A DNA stretch of 64,000 bases from Streptosporangiaceae bacterium (GTDB lineage: Bacteria > Actinomycetota > Actinomycetes > Streptosporangiales > Streptosporangiaceae). The notes beneath the pieces were generated by a model that did no database searches, was not told where the DNA came from, and was given only the letters and a program-made list of their open reading frames with translations. The position numbers were made by a program, and so were the translations under genes. The stretch lies in NCBI GenBank assembly GCA_025934375.1, contig JAICYD010000015.1, forward strand, positions 15,073-79,072, read 5' to 3'. Of this stretch, positions 44,999 to 54,775 are shown in pieces; position 1 is the stretch's first letter, and each line of letters begins with the position of its first letter.

Positions 44999-46063
44999 TC
45001 AGGTGGCGGCCCGGGCGGGGGCAGGGCGGTCCGCGGCCGGACGGGCGGTGGCGGGGCCGGTTGAGCCGCGGACGACCAGCTCGGGCTCGAAGAGCAGTTC
45101 CTCGGGGTGCGGGACCACGGTCTCCATCTGGTTGACCAGCAGCGCGACGGCGGCCTTGCCCATGGACTCGATGGGCTGGCGGACCGTGGTCAGCGGCGGG
45201 TCGGTGCAGTTCAGCCAGCCCGAGTCGTCGTAGCCGACCACCGACACGTCGCCGGGAACCGTCAAGCCAAGGCGGCGGACGGCGCGGATCGCGCCGAGGG
45301 CGAGGACGTCGCTGCCGCAGATGATGCCGGTCACGCCCTGGCGCAGGATCCGAGTGGTCGCCGCCTGCCCGCCCTCCAGCGAGAACAGCGCGTTCTCGAC
45401 GGGCGCGACCGATAGCCCGGCTCGCTGCGCCTCAGCGCGGAACCCATCCAGCTTGCGGCGGGACGGCATGTGGTCCTCCGGGCCGAGGACCAGGCCGATC
45501 CGCTCGTGACCGAGGGCCAGCAGGTGCCCGAACGCCTGGCTCGCGGCCGAGATGTCGTCGGTGGCCACGCAGGGGAAGTCCAGCCCGTCGATCGCGGCAT
45601 TGATGAGCACGACCGGGACGCCGCGCTCGTGCAGCAACTCGTAGTGCTCATGGGGGGCGGCCAGCTCGGCGAAGTGACCGCCGGCGAACACCACCCCGGA
45701 CGCGTGCTGCTCTAGCAGCAAGTCCACGTAGTCGGCCTCGGACAGGCCGCCCGCAGTGCGGGTGCACAGCACCGGGGTGAACCCGCGCTGGGCCAGCGCG
45801 CCGCCGATGACCTCGGCCAGGGCGGGAAAGATCGGGTTTTGCAGCTCGGGCAGGACCAGGCCGATCAGCCGGGCGCGCTGCCCGCGCAGCCGGGTGGGAC
45901 GCTCGTACCCCAGCACGTCCAAGGCGGTGAGGACCGCCTCCCGGGTGCTGTCGGACACGCCGGCCTTGCCGTTGAGCACGCGGCTCACGGTGGCCTCGCT
46001 GACCCCGACCTTCTGGGCCACTTCCGCGAGCCGCTTGGCAGGAGTTCGCGTCATGGCTGCCAC
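44999..46063 (-). CDS. LacI-family transcriptional regulator
   Basis: N-terminal HTH LAEVAQKVGVSEATVSRVLNGK, with a periplasmic-binding-protein-like core. Confidence 0.9.
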   Translation of the reverse strand: MAAMTRTPAKRLAEVAQKVGVSEATVSRVLNGKAGVSDSTREAVLTALDVLGYERPTRLRGQRARLIGLVLPELQNPIFPALAEVIGGALAQRGFTPVLCTRTAGGLSEADYVDLLLEQHASGVVFAGGHFAELAAPHEHYELLHERGVPVVLINAAIDGLDFPCVATDDISAASQAFGHLLALGHERIGLVLGPEDHMPSRRKLDGFRAEAQRAGLSVAPVENALFSLEGGQAATTRILRQGVTGIICGSDVLALGAIRAVRRLGLTVPGDVSVVGYDDSGWLNCTDPPLTTVRQPIESMGKAAVALLVNQMETVVPHPEELLFEPELVVRGSTGPATARPAADRPAPARAAT

Positions 46064-46326
46064 GATACGGCATCCAGCCGCAAAATCTTGCAGGCTGATC
46101 GGTCACCAGCGGCAATGTTCCCGACATGATCCAGCCAGAAGGTTCCCACCAGCCGTTCTGATCCATCGTGACTAAGTTGTGTCTTTGCATAATTTCGTCA
46201 TGATCTTGCTAGCGGAAGTCGGCTTATGTATGTTCGCCGTAACGGCGACGCGCCCGGCAACAGCCGCCAGCCCCGGCGGCAGGACGCGGAAGTCGCCCAC
46301 TCATCGCCCAAGGAAGGGATTGATCG

Positions 46327-47718
46327 ATGAGAGCAGAGCGCTACCGCCTGGTAGCCGCAGCCGCCGCCGCAGCTGGGCTCGTCCTCACTGCCGCGGCCTG
46401 CTCCAGCAGCAATTCGTCAAGCGGGGCCGCCGCGAGCGGCGGAGGCGGCAAGGTCACCATCTCCATCAACTGCGCGCCGCCCGCGGCGCAGCAGCCGGTG
46501 CAGCACAAGGAATGGCTGGACGACATCGCGATCTTCGAGAAGGCCAACCCGAACATCACCATCAACAGCGTCTACAACTACCCGTGTGAGCAGCCCGCGA
46601 CGTTCACGGCCATGCTGCGCGGCGGGACTGAGCCGGACATCTTCTACAGCTACTTCACCGACCTGCCGCAGGTGCTGCTGTCCGGCCAGGCGGCGGACAT
46701 CACGCAGTACGTGAACGCCAAGACCGTGCCCACGCTGCCCGACATCCTGCCCGGGGCGATGAAGGCGGTCACCGCCGGCAAGACCATCTACGGCATCCCG
46801 ACCTCCAACTACACCCAGGGCCTGATCTACAACCGCAAGCTCTTCCAGCAGGCGGGCCTGGACCCCGGCCAGCCGCCGACCACCTGGGCGGACGTGGAGA
46901 AGGACGCCGCCGCCATCGCCAAGCTGGGCAACGGCATCGCCGGCTGGGGTGACTACAGCGCCGGCAACACCGGAGGCTGGCACTTCTCCTCCTACATCGA
47001 CGCCGTCGGCGGCTCGATGGTCAACCAGAACACCGCCCCGCCCACCGCGAACTTCAACACCCCCGAGGCCCAGCAGATCCTGCAGGTGCTGCACGACATG
47101 CGGTTCAAGGACCACGCGATGAGCGCCACCCAGGGCCTGCAGTGGGGCGCGCTGCAGCAGCAGTTCGCCGCGGGCAAGCTGGGCATGTACATCGCCGCGC
47201 CGGACGACATCTACAACGTGATCATCCCGACCGACAAGGGCAACCTCGACGACATCGGCATGGGCCCGCTGCCCAGCATCAGCGGGACCCCGGCGGCCTC
47301 GCTGTCCGGCGGCAACGACTACATCTTCGCCAAGCACGACACCCGGGCGCAGATCGAGGCCGGCCTGAAGTGGATCAACTTCGAGAGCCTGACCCCCGGC
47401 ACCGGCCAGTTCAACTTCGCCAGGCTCAAGGCGGACGGCTTCCCGGACGGCTTCCCCGAGCCGCAACTGTTCCAGGGCACGACGGGATCGGCGGTCAACG
47501 ACCTGCGCGCCAAGTACGCCACGATCAAGACCGACTACTACAAGCCGTTCGTGGCGGCCAACGAGGCCGCAGCCGGCGAGCCGACCGACGCCCAGGCCGT
47601 CTACAAGACGCTCGACCCGGTCATGCTGGCCGTGCTGACCGAGCCTAACGCCGACATCCCGTCCCTGCTCAAGACCGCGACGACCAACGTCAACACGATC
47701 CTGGCCAACGCCGGGTAG
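46327..47718 (+). CDS. Sugar ABC transporter substrate-binding lipoprotein
   Basis: Lipoprotein signal (LVLTAAACSSS) and size and composition typical of family 1 extracellular solute-binding proteins. First gene of the permease operon. Confidence 0.85.
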   Translation: MRAERYRLVAAAAAAAGLVLTAAACSSSNSSSGAAASGGGGKVTISINCAPPAAQQPVQHKEWLDDIAIFEKANPNITINSVYNYPCEQPATFTAMLRGGTEPDIFYSYFTDLPQVLLSGQAADITQYVNAKTVPTLPDILPGAMKAVTAGKTIYGIPTSNYTQGLIYNRKLFQQAGLDPGQPPTTWADVEKDAAAIAKLGNGIAGWGDYSAGNTGGWHFSSYIDAVGGSMVNQNTAPPTANFNTPEAQQILQVLHDMRFKDHAMSATQGLQWGALQQQFAAGKLGMYIAAPDDIYNVIIPTDKGNLDDIGMGPLPSISGTPAASLSGGNDYIFAKHDTRAQIEAGLKWINFESLTPGTGQFNFARLKADGFPDGFPEPQLFQGTTGSAVNDLRAKYATIKTDYYKPFVAANEAAAGEPTDAQAVYKTLDPVMLAVLTEPNADIPSLLKTATTNVNTILANAG

Positions 47719-47722
47719 CTGG

Positions 47723-48625
47723 ATGGGCAAGGTCGCTCGAGCGCAGCGCACCGCGTCCGCGTGGGCATTCCTCATCGGCGCGGTGCTCTGCTTCTCCTTC
47801 TTCTCCTGGTTCCCGATCGTCCGCGAAGTCATCATGAGCTTCTCCAAGCCCGTGTACGGCGGCGGGAACACCTGGGCGGGCTTCGCCAACTACGTCCGGA
47901 TCTTCCACGACCCGACGTTCTGGCAGGCCTGGCGCAACACCCTCGAGTTCACCGTATTGGCTCTCGTTATCGGATACGCGGTGCCGTTCTTCGTGGCGAT
48001 CTTGCTCAACGAGCTGCGGCACGCCCGCGGCTACCTGCGGGTGCTGGTCTACCTGCCGGTGATGCTGCCGCCCGCCACGGCGCTGGTGCTGTTCGGCTAC
48101 TTCTACAACCCGCAGTACGGGCTGTTCGACCGGCTCCTGCACGCGGTGGGCCTGCCCGTCTCGCAGTGGGTCCTCACGCCCGGCGGCGGGTTCTTCAGCA
48201 TCGCGATGATCTCGGTGGTCATCGCCTCCACGTGGATGAACATGGGCAGCGCCACGCTCATCTACCTGGCGGCGCTGCAGAACATCCCCGGCGAACTGTA
48301 CGAGGCGGCGGAACTGGAGGGCGCGAACCTGTTCCAGCGGATCCGGCACGTCACGATCCCGCAGACCCGCCTGGTGCTCGTCATGCTCCTGATGCTGCAG
48401 GTCGTGGCGACCATGCAGATGTTCATCGAGTCGTTCGTGCTCACCAACGGCGGCGGCGGAGTCGACAACAACACCCAGTCCGTCGTGATGCTCATCTACC
48501 AGTACGCGTTCGCGATGAGCGGGGCCAGCAACTACAACAGCGCCTCGGCACTGGGCGTGGTCCTCATGCTCGTGCTCGCGGCCTTCTCCGGCGGGTTCCT
48601 GTGGGCGACCCGCGAGCGCGGCTAG
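47723..48625 (+). CDS. Carbohydrate ABC transporter permease (MalF/UgpA-like)
   Basis: 300 aa, six TM helices, with the EAA loop (LYEAAELEGANLFQRIRHVTIP). Confidence 0.9.
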   Translation: MGKVARAQRTASAWAFLIGAVLCFSFFSWFPIVREVIMSFSKPVYGGGNTWAGFANYVRIFHDPTFWQAWRNTLEFTVLALVIGYAVPFFVAILLNELRHARGYLRVLVYLPVMLPPATALVLFGYFYNPQYGLFDRLLHAVGLPVSQWVLTPGGGFFSIAMISVVIASTWMNMGSATLIYLAALQNIPGELYEAAELEGANLFQRIRHVTIPQTRLVLVMLLMLQVVATMQMFIESFVLTNGGGGVDNNTQSVVMLIYQYAFAMSGASNYNSASALGVVLMLVLAAFSGGFLWATRERG

Positions 48626-48639
48626 GAAGGAGCGCCTCC

Positions 48640-49614
48640 ATGGCCACAGCAACCAGGGAAGCCACGCGAGCCCCGGCGGCCCCAGCGGCCGGGGCAAGCC
48701 GGGCCTCCCGCCGGGCGCGCATGGCGGCCGGGAGCCACCAGCGTACGCTGGTCTCCAGCGTCACGCTGAACAGCCGGCGGGGCAAGATCATCTACCGGGT
48801 CGTGCTGGCCCTGGTGATCGTGGTGTTCACCCTGGTGTTCATCGGCCCCATGTACTTCCTGTTCACCACCGGGCTGAAGTCCACGCAGGAGGCTATCGCC
48901 ACGCCGCCTACCCTCTACCCGCACCATCCGATCCCGGGCACCTACTCCGAGGCGTGGAGCCACCTCGACGTCGCCCGGATGATGGGGAACACCCTGTACT
49001 ACGCCTTCGGCGCGCTGGCCTTCCAGCTCGTCTTCGACATCGCCGCCGCGTACTCGCTGTCCAAGCTGCGCCCGTTCCTCGGCAACCTCGTGCTGTTCGG
49101 GATGCTGGCGACGCTGATGATCCCGGTCACGGTGCTGGTCGTCCCGCAGTACGTGACGGTGGCCGACCTGCCGATCCTGCACGTGAACCTGATCGGGACG
49201 CCGGAGGCGATCTGGCTGCCGTCGGTCGCCAACGCGTTCAACATCTACCTGCTCAAGCGGTTCTTTGACTCCATACCGAGCGACTACATCGACGCCGCCC
49301 AAGTCGACGGGGCGTCGCGGCTGCGGATCCTGTGGAACATCGTCCTGCCGATCTCCCGGCCGATCATCGCGGTGGTCTCGATCTTCAGCCTCGTCGCGGT
49401 CTGGAAGGACTTCCTGTGGCCGCTCCTCGTTGAGTTCGGCTACAGCCCCACCCGGGAAACCCTGAACGTCGGCATCTGGCAGGGCGTGATCGGCACCCCG
49501 CCGAACCTGCTCATCGCCGCCTCCGCCATCGCGGCCGTCCCGACGATCGCGTTCTTCCTCATCTTCCAGCGCAACATCATGGCCGGCCTCACCGCTGGCG
49601 GCATCCGCGGCTGA
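48640..49614 (+). CDS. Carbohydrate ABC transporter permease (MalG/UgpE-like)
   Basis: EAA loop (YIDAAQVDGASRLRILWNIVLP). ATG 48640 is preceded by GGAAGGAG. The longer ORF from 47761 overlaps the previous permease out of frame. Confidence 0.9.
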   Translation: MATATREATRAPAAPAAGASRASRRARMAAGSHQRTLVSSVTLNSRRGKIIYRVVLALVIVVFTLVFIGPMYFLFTTGLKSTQEAIATPPTLYPHHPIPGTYSEAWSHLDVARMMGNTLYYAFGALAFQLVFDIAAAYSLSKLRPFLGNLVLFGMLATLMIPVTVLVVPQYVTVADLPILHVNLIGTPEAIWLPSVANAFNIYLLKRFFDSIPSDYIDAAQVDGASRLRILWNIVLPISRPIIAVVSIFSLVAVWKDFLWPLLVEFGYSPTRETLNVGIWQGVIGTPPNLLIAASAIAAVPTIAFFLIFQRNIMAGLTAGGIRG

Positions 49615-49655
49615 CGAAGCCCCTGCCCACGACCAACCCAGAAAGCAGGTCAACC

Positions 49656-51296
49656 GTGCCCGAGCACGCCCCATCGGACTTCTGGTGGCGCACCGCCGCG
49701 ATATACCAGCTCTACATGCGCAGCTTCGCGGACGGCGACGGCGACGGGACTGGCGACCTGGCCGGAGCCAGAGCGCGGTTGCCCTATCTGACTGACCTCG
49801 GCGTTGACGCGATCTGGTTCAACCCGTGGTACGCCTCCCCGATGGCCGACGCCGGCTACGACATCGCCGACTACCGCGCCATCGAGCCGGTCTTCGGCAG
49901 GCTGGCCGACGCCGACGCGCTGATCAGCGAGGCGCACGGGCTCGGCATCAAGATCATCATCGACGTCGTGCCCAACCACGGCTCCGACGCCCACCCCTGG
50001 TTCGCTCAGGCGCTGGCCGAAGGCCCCGGCTCGCCAGTCCGCGAGCGGTTCTGGTTCCGGGACGGGCGCGGCCCGGACGGCGGCGAGCCGCCGAACAACT
50101 GGCAGTCGATCTTCGGCGGCCCGGCCTGGACGCGGGTCACCGAGCCGGACGGCACCCCAGGCCAGTGGTACCTGCACCTGTTCGCGCCCGAGCAGCCGGA
50201 TTTCAACTGGGGCAATCCCGCGGTCCGCACCGAGTTCGAGGATGTGCTGCGGTTCTGGTTCGACCGCGGCGTCGACGGCATCCGGATCGACTCCGGCGCG
50301 TTGCTCACCAAGGACCCGGCGCTGCCCGACGTTAGCCCGGACGAGCCCCCGGGCCCGGCGCACCCGTTCACCGACCGCGACGACGTGCACGACATCTACC
50401 GGTCGTGGCGCGCCATCGCGGACGAGAAGCCGGGACGGGTGCTCATCGGCGAGATCTGGCTCCCGGACGCCCAGCGCACCGCCGCCTACGTAAGGCCCGG
50501 CGAGCTGCACACCGTCTTCAACTTCCCGTACCTGAGCTGCCCGTGGGACGCCACCGCGCTACGCCAGGTCATCGAGGAGGCCCTGGCGCTCAACGCGCCC
50601 GCTGGCGCGCCGGCGACCTGGGTCCTGTCCAACCATGACGTGGACCGGCCCGTCTCCCGCTATGGCCGCGCCGACACTCATTTCGACCTGGCCCGGCGCC
50701 GCTACCTGCACGGCTTCCCGGTGGACCTGGCGCTGGGCACCCGCCGGGCCCGGGCGGCGGCGCTGCTCACCCTGGCCCTGCCCGGCTCGGTCTACATCTA
50801 CCAGGGCGAGGAGCTGGGCCTGTGGGAGGTCCAGGACATCCCCGACGAGCTGCGCCAGGACCCGATCTGGCGGCGCACCGGCGGCGAGGATCCCGGCCGC
50901 GACGGCTGCCGGGTCCCGCTGCCCTGGTCAGGCACGGAGCCCCCGTTCGGCTTCTCCCCGCCCGGGTCGCCGGGCGAGCCATGGCTCCCGCAGCCCAAGG
51001 AGTGGCGCGACTACACGGTGGCCGCCCAGTCGGCCAGCGCCGGCTCGATGCTCGCCCTCTACCGGGAGGGGCTGGCAATGCGCCGCCATGAGGGTGCGTT
51101 GCGGGCGGAAAGTGGCCTTGACTGGCTCCCCGCCCGGGACGGCGTGATCGCCTTTGACCGCGGGGACGTGCGGTGCGTCACCAACCTGTCGGAGCAGCCG
51201 GCCGGCCTGCCGCCGCACGCCGAGGTCCTGCTGGCCAGCGACCCGCTGGCCGATGGCCAGCTCCCCCCGGACACGACCGCATGGCTGCGGGCATGA
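49656..51296 (+). CDS. GH13 alpha-glucosidase / oligo-1,6-glucosidase
   Basis: YQLYMRSFADGDGDGTGDL, DVVPNHGS, GVDGIRIDS, GEIW, LSNHD are the conserved GH13 regions I-IV. Confidence 0.9.
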   Translation: MPEHAPSDFWWRTAAIYQLYMRSFADGDGDGTGDLAGARARLPYLTDLGVDAIWFNPWYASPMADAGYDIADYRAIEPVFGRLADADALISEAHGLGIKIIIDVVPNHGSDAHPWFAQALAEGPGSPVRERFWFRDGRGPDGGEPPNNWQSIFGGPAWTRVTEPDGTPGQWYLHLFAPEQPDFNWGNPAVRTEFEDVLRFWFDRGVDGIRIDSGALLTKDPALPDVSPDEPPGPAHPFTDRDDVHDIYRSWRAIADEKPGRVLIGEIWLPDAQRTAAYVRPGELHTVFNFPYLSCPWDATALRQVIEEALALNAPAGAPATWVLSNHDVDRPVSRYGRADTHFDLARRRYLHGFPVDLALGTRRARAAALLTLALPGSVYIYQGEELGLWEVQDIPDELRQDPIWRRTGGEDPGRDGCRVPLPWSGTEPPFGFSPPGSPGEPWLPQPKEWRDYTVAAQSASAGSMLALYREGLAMRRHEGALRAESGLDWLPARDGVIAFDRGDVRCVTNLSEQPAGLPPHAEVLLASDPLADGQLPPDTTAWLRA

Positions 51297-51432
51297 AAAC
51301 CCGCAAACCCCCTGTAACCAGGCCCGCGAACGGGCGATGCCGCTGCCCCGGGGTGGGTGGGACAGCGGCATCGCCCTGACGTCATCGTCGACGTCGCGCG
51401 CGGGTCAGTTGGGTGTCACTGGTACCGCGGAG

Positions 51433-53361
51433 TCACGGGTAGCTGGTCACGTCGACGGGCTCGACGGTGGCCGGGTTGTCGGAGCGGACCGGGCCGCCGA
51501 CGCCGTTGACGATGGAGTCCAGGCCGCCCGAGCCGGCGATCCACACGCCGAACACGTTGTGGAACTGGACGCCGGCCGTTTGCGGTGACTGGAACGCCGC
51601 CGAGACGTGCAGCGTCGCCGGGGTCTGGATGAACACCACGTAGCTGCCCATCCCGTAGCCGTTGAAGGTCTTGACGTGGTCGCCGACCTGGAAGGCCGGG
51701 TAGCCGAGCTGGGTGGGCGACTGGTTCCAGGCGTCCTGGCTCGGCGGGTCGTAGGGCAGCTCGTTCTGGAAGAAGATGTCAGTGCCGCCGTTGCCGGTCC
51801 AGATCACCTCGCTCTTCTGGTAGTGCTCGACGGCCAGGCCGTAGGCGGTGACGTTGTCGCCGGTGACGACGGCGCCGGTGTCGCCCTTGTTGGCTGTCCA
51901 GCCGACGTTGTTGCCATGGTCGGCGCGCCACACCCACGAGTCATCGATGATCGAGTGCGAGGCGTTGTCCAGCAGGCTGACGGTCGCCGAGGTGGGCGTG
52001 GTCTCCGCGCCGCCGATCCGGAAGTGCACGTCCTGGATGAGGTCGGGGTTGGCCGCCGCCTGCCGGTCGGTCAGCTTGTCGAGCAGGCCGGGAAGGCCGA
52101 CCGAGACCAGGACCGGGGAGTTGACCGGGCCGGCGTCGACCAGCAGGTCGGACACCTTCACGCCGACGTTCGGCAAGACGACGAGCGCCGCGTTGCCCTT
52201 CTGCGGCACCAGCGTGGCCAGGCCCTGGCCGAGCACGAGGGTGCCCGGGCGGGAGACGACGATCGGGTCCTTGAGGTTGTAGACGCCGGGCGTCAGGATG
52301 AGGTTCTTGCCCAGGAGCAGCGCCGCGTTGATGGCCAGGAGCGGCGTGCCGGGGTTGGCGATGAAGAACTTCGACAGCGGCACCGACTGGCCGGCCTCGG
52401 CGCCGCCGGCCCACGAGGGTCCGGAGGAGTTGGCCTGGACGGCGGGCACGAACACCTGGAAATTGCCGTTGCCGGCGTCGTAGATGAAGGGCTCTTCCTC
52501 GGTCACCGGGCTGGTCGGCAAGACGGTGTTCTGCTGGCACTGGCCGGTGAAGACCGGGGCCGGGGCGCCCTGGACGCCGGAGTACACCATGTTCCACAGG
52601 CCGTTCGGGCAGCCGCTCTGGCCGCCGATGGTGGCGTTGCGGACCAGGTACTGCTGGTTGCCGAAGAAGTTGAGGCTGCCGCTGATCTGGCTATCGGCGA
52701 TGAAGCCGCCGCTGGCGAAGTTGTGGTTCGCGCAGTAGTCCTGGAAAACGACGCTGCCGTTGATGATGACCCGGCGCAGCGGGGCGGCCTGGGAGGCGGC
52801 CCAGAACTCGGCGCTATTGGCGCAGCCCGCCCCGAAAGGATCCAGGTTCGGTGGCGCGTAGGCCGGCGGCGAGCTCGGCAACGTCACGTTGAGCGTGAGG
52901 TTGGACAGCGAGCGCCAGAAGTTGTCATCGGCGTTGCAGTCCTGGGTGCCGGCGGTGCAGAGGTTGTTGAATACGTCGGCGGCGCCGTTGATGACCGTGT
53001 CGCCCGGGTTCTTGCCGAGCCCGGCGACCTGCGTGTAGTAGCCGACCTGGAAGACGAGCGGGCTGGCCTTGGACCCGTACGTGCCCGGCTCGAAGTAAAT
53101 GGTGTACCGGTTGCCGTTGAACTGGGCGTCCACCGGGACCTGCTGGGTGGCGACCGCGTCCAGGTCGGCCTGGATCGCCGACTGCGACATGGCCGGGGTG
53201 AACACGCAGACGTTCGGGCCGAACGTGGCCGAGGCGGCGTCCGGGCAGATGCTGGCGGGAGGCGGGGCGGCTTTGGCGGTGGCTTGCGTGCCGCCGACGG
53301 CGGCGAGCGCGCTGGCCGCGAGCACCGCCGCGAGTAGGACAGGACGTATGGTTCGACGCAT
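51433..53361 (-). CDS. Secreted right-handed beta-helix (pectate-lyase-fold) protein, probably a glycan hydrolase or lyase; function uncertain
   Basis: Signal peptide (MRRTIRPVLLAAVLAASALAAVGGTQATAKA) with ATG 53361 preceded by GAGGTG. The repetitive Gly/Asn/Val-rich strand pattern is consistent with a parallel beta-helix. I cannot assign a family without a search. Confidence 0.6.
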   Translation of the reverse strand: MRRTIRPVLLAAVLAASALAAVGGTQATAKAAPPPASICPDAASATFGPNVCVFTPAMSQSAIQADLDAVATQQVPVDAQFNGNRYTIYFEPGTYGSKASPLVFQVGYYTQVAGLGKNPGDTVINGAADVFNNLCTAGTQDCNADDNFWRSLSNLTLNVTLPSSPPAYAPPNLDPFGAGCANSAEFWAASQAAPLRRVIINGSVVFQDYCANHNFASGGFIADSQISGSLNFFGNQQYLVRNATIGGQSGCPNGLWNMVYSGVQGAPAPVFTGQCQQNTVLPTSPVTEEEPFIYDAGNGNFQVFVPAVQANSSGPSWAGGAEAGQSVPLSKFFIANPGTPLLAINAALLLGKNLILTPGVYNLKDPIVVSRPGTLVLGQGLATLVPQKGNAALVVLPNVGVKVSDLLVDAGPVNSPVLVSVGLPGLLDKLTDRQAAANPDLIQDVHFRIGGAETTPTSATVSLLDNASHSIIDDSWVWRADHGNNVGWTANKGDTGAVVTGDNVTAYGLAVEHYQKSEVIWTGNGGTDIFFQNELPYDPPSQDAWNQSPTQLGYPAFQVGDHVKTFNGYGMGSYVVFIQTPATLHVSAAFQSPQTAGVQFHNVFGVWIAGSGGLDSIVNGVGGPVRSDNPATVEPVDVTSYP

Positions 53362-53547
53362 AGATGGCACCTCACTGTGCTGGCGGTCCCAGGTCGTGCA
53401 AGGGTTCCCAGCTCGGAAACTAGACCAACCGCGGGCGCGTGAGAAGACTAGCCTTTGAACTAAGCCGTAAAAAAACCGTGAAAGCTTTGACGCCCGACGG
53501 CCTCGGGGGCGCGTCGCCGACGGCTTTAGGGGCACTGCCGCGCCGGA

Positions 53548-54627
53548 CTAGGCAGGAAACTGACCGAGCACCGCGGCGCCGAGCATCGTCAGTGAGTGCC
53601 GTACTGAGCGGCCCGCGCGGCTGGTCTCGATCAGGTGCGCGTCGCGCAGTACCTTCGCGTGCTCGGAGGCCGACGCCGGGCTGATGCGCACCTCCTGGGC
53701 CAGTTCGGCAGTTCCTCGAGGCGTGCGCAGCGCCCGCAGCACGGCGGCCCGGGTCGGGCCAAGCAGGGCCGCGAGGGCGTCGGAGACGGGCGAGCCGGCG
53801 ATCGCGGCGCCGGCCAGCACCGGGTCCGGAGGGCCGGGCTGGCTACTCGGCGCGCAGCCGTACAGGAGCACGGGGGCGACCCCGGCCGGGCCGTCGCCGC
53901 AGCTGAAGACGGGCGGGCCCGCCCAGCAGGCAAGCGGCTGGATCAGCAGGCCCGACCCGTCGAGCTTCATCTCCCAGTCCCATTCGGAGTCGACGTCCGT
54001 GCGGTCGAGCCCGTCGTCGCGCCAGCACAGCCGTGGGTCCAGCGCGGCGAAGAGCTTCTCATGGCCGCCGGAGGCGAGCACCGACATGCGGCTGGCCGCC
54101 CTGGCGTGAAACGCGCTGAGCACGCAGTCCCAGCGCGGGGCGACGACGGCGGCGTGCAGGTCGCTGAGCGCGCGCACCAAGACATCGCGCGCCTCGCGGT
54201 CGCCGTCGGCCAGTTGGCGCACCCAGGCCGGCGGGCGGCCGGGACGGTATTCCCAGACCGCTCCGAGCTCCATGCGCAGCAATTCAGCGGGCATCGCACG
54301 GAGTGTCTCCAGTGCCTCATCCATATTGGGAGTAACGGAATTCGCGAAGAACAGCCACGGGCCGCGCGGCCCGATCAGGTCCAGCAACGGCCGCGCGCTG
54401 GCCGGGAATGCCAGGCGCGCCTCGCTCAGCCAGGGGATGACGCGGCCGGGAGCGCGTGTCGTCGCCATCCGGCGCAGTTCGGCCAGCGCCATAGTAGTCT
54501 CGAGGAGCGGGGCCGGAGCCGGGCTGAACCGCGTACGGGCAACATCGTCGGCGGTGAACACGACGCGAGCCAAGGATGCCTCCGTGAAGGTGTATCCCGG
54601 TGATCCTTCGGCCGTGCCCGAATTCAT
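53548..54627 (-). CDS. ArsR-type winged-helix regulator with a large N-terminal domain (DUF5937-like)
   Basis: C-terminal wHTH: TRAAVLRALRTPRGTAELAQEVRISPASASEHAKVLRDAHLIETSRAGRSVRHSL. Confidence 0.7.
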   Translation of the reverse strand: MNSGTAEGSPGYTFTEASLARVVFTADDVARTRFSPAPAPLLETTMALAELRRMATTRAPGRVIPWLSEARLAFPASARPLLDLIGPRGPWLFFANSVTPNMDEALETLRAMPAELLRMELGAVWEYRPGRPPAWVRQLADGDREARDVLVRALSDLHAAVVAPRWDCVLSAFHARAASRMSVLASGGHEKLFAALDPRLCWRDDGLDRTDVDSEWDWEMKLDGSGLLIQPLACWAGPPVFSCGDGPAGVAPVLLYGCAPSSQPGPPDPVLAGAAIAGSPVSDALAALLGPTRAAVLRALRTPRGTAELAQEVRISPASASEHAKVLRDAHLIETSRAGRSVRHSLTMLGAAVLGQFPA

Positions 54628-54775
54628 TATCCGGAACCTGTATGCCAGGTTTCGCTATATCTCAGTCCATCATAGGGTCCCGCGAGACCCGTTACGACAT
54701 TTGGCTCCGGGGTCCAAACGATTTTCAGAACTTCGCCGGATGGTTAATTCGCAATGCACAGCGGCGCGCGCGAGG

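Noticed and set aside
47761-49614. 617-aa ORF spanning both permease genes.
   Set aside because: Its first ~290 codons are an out-of-frame read through the first permease gene and are Arg/Pro/Gly-rich. The real second permease starts at ATG 48640, behind GGAAGGAG.
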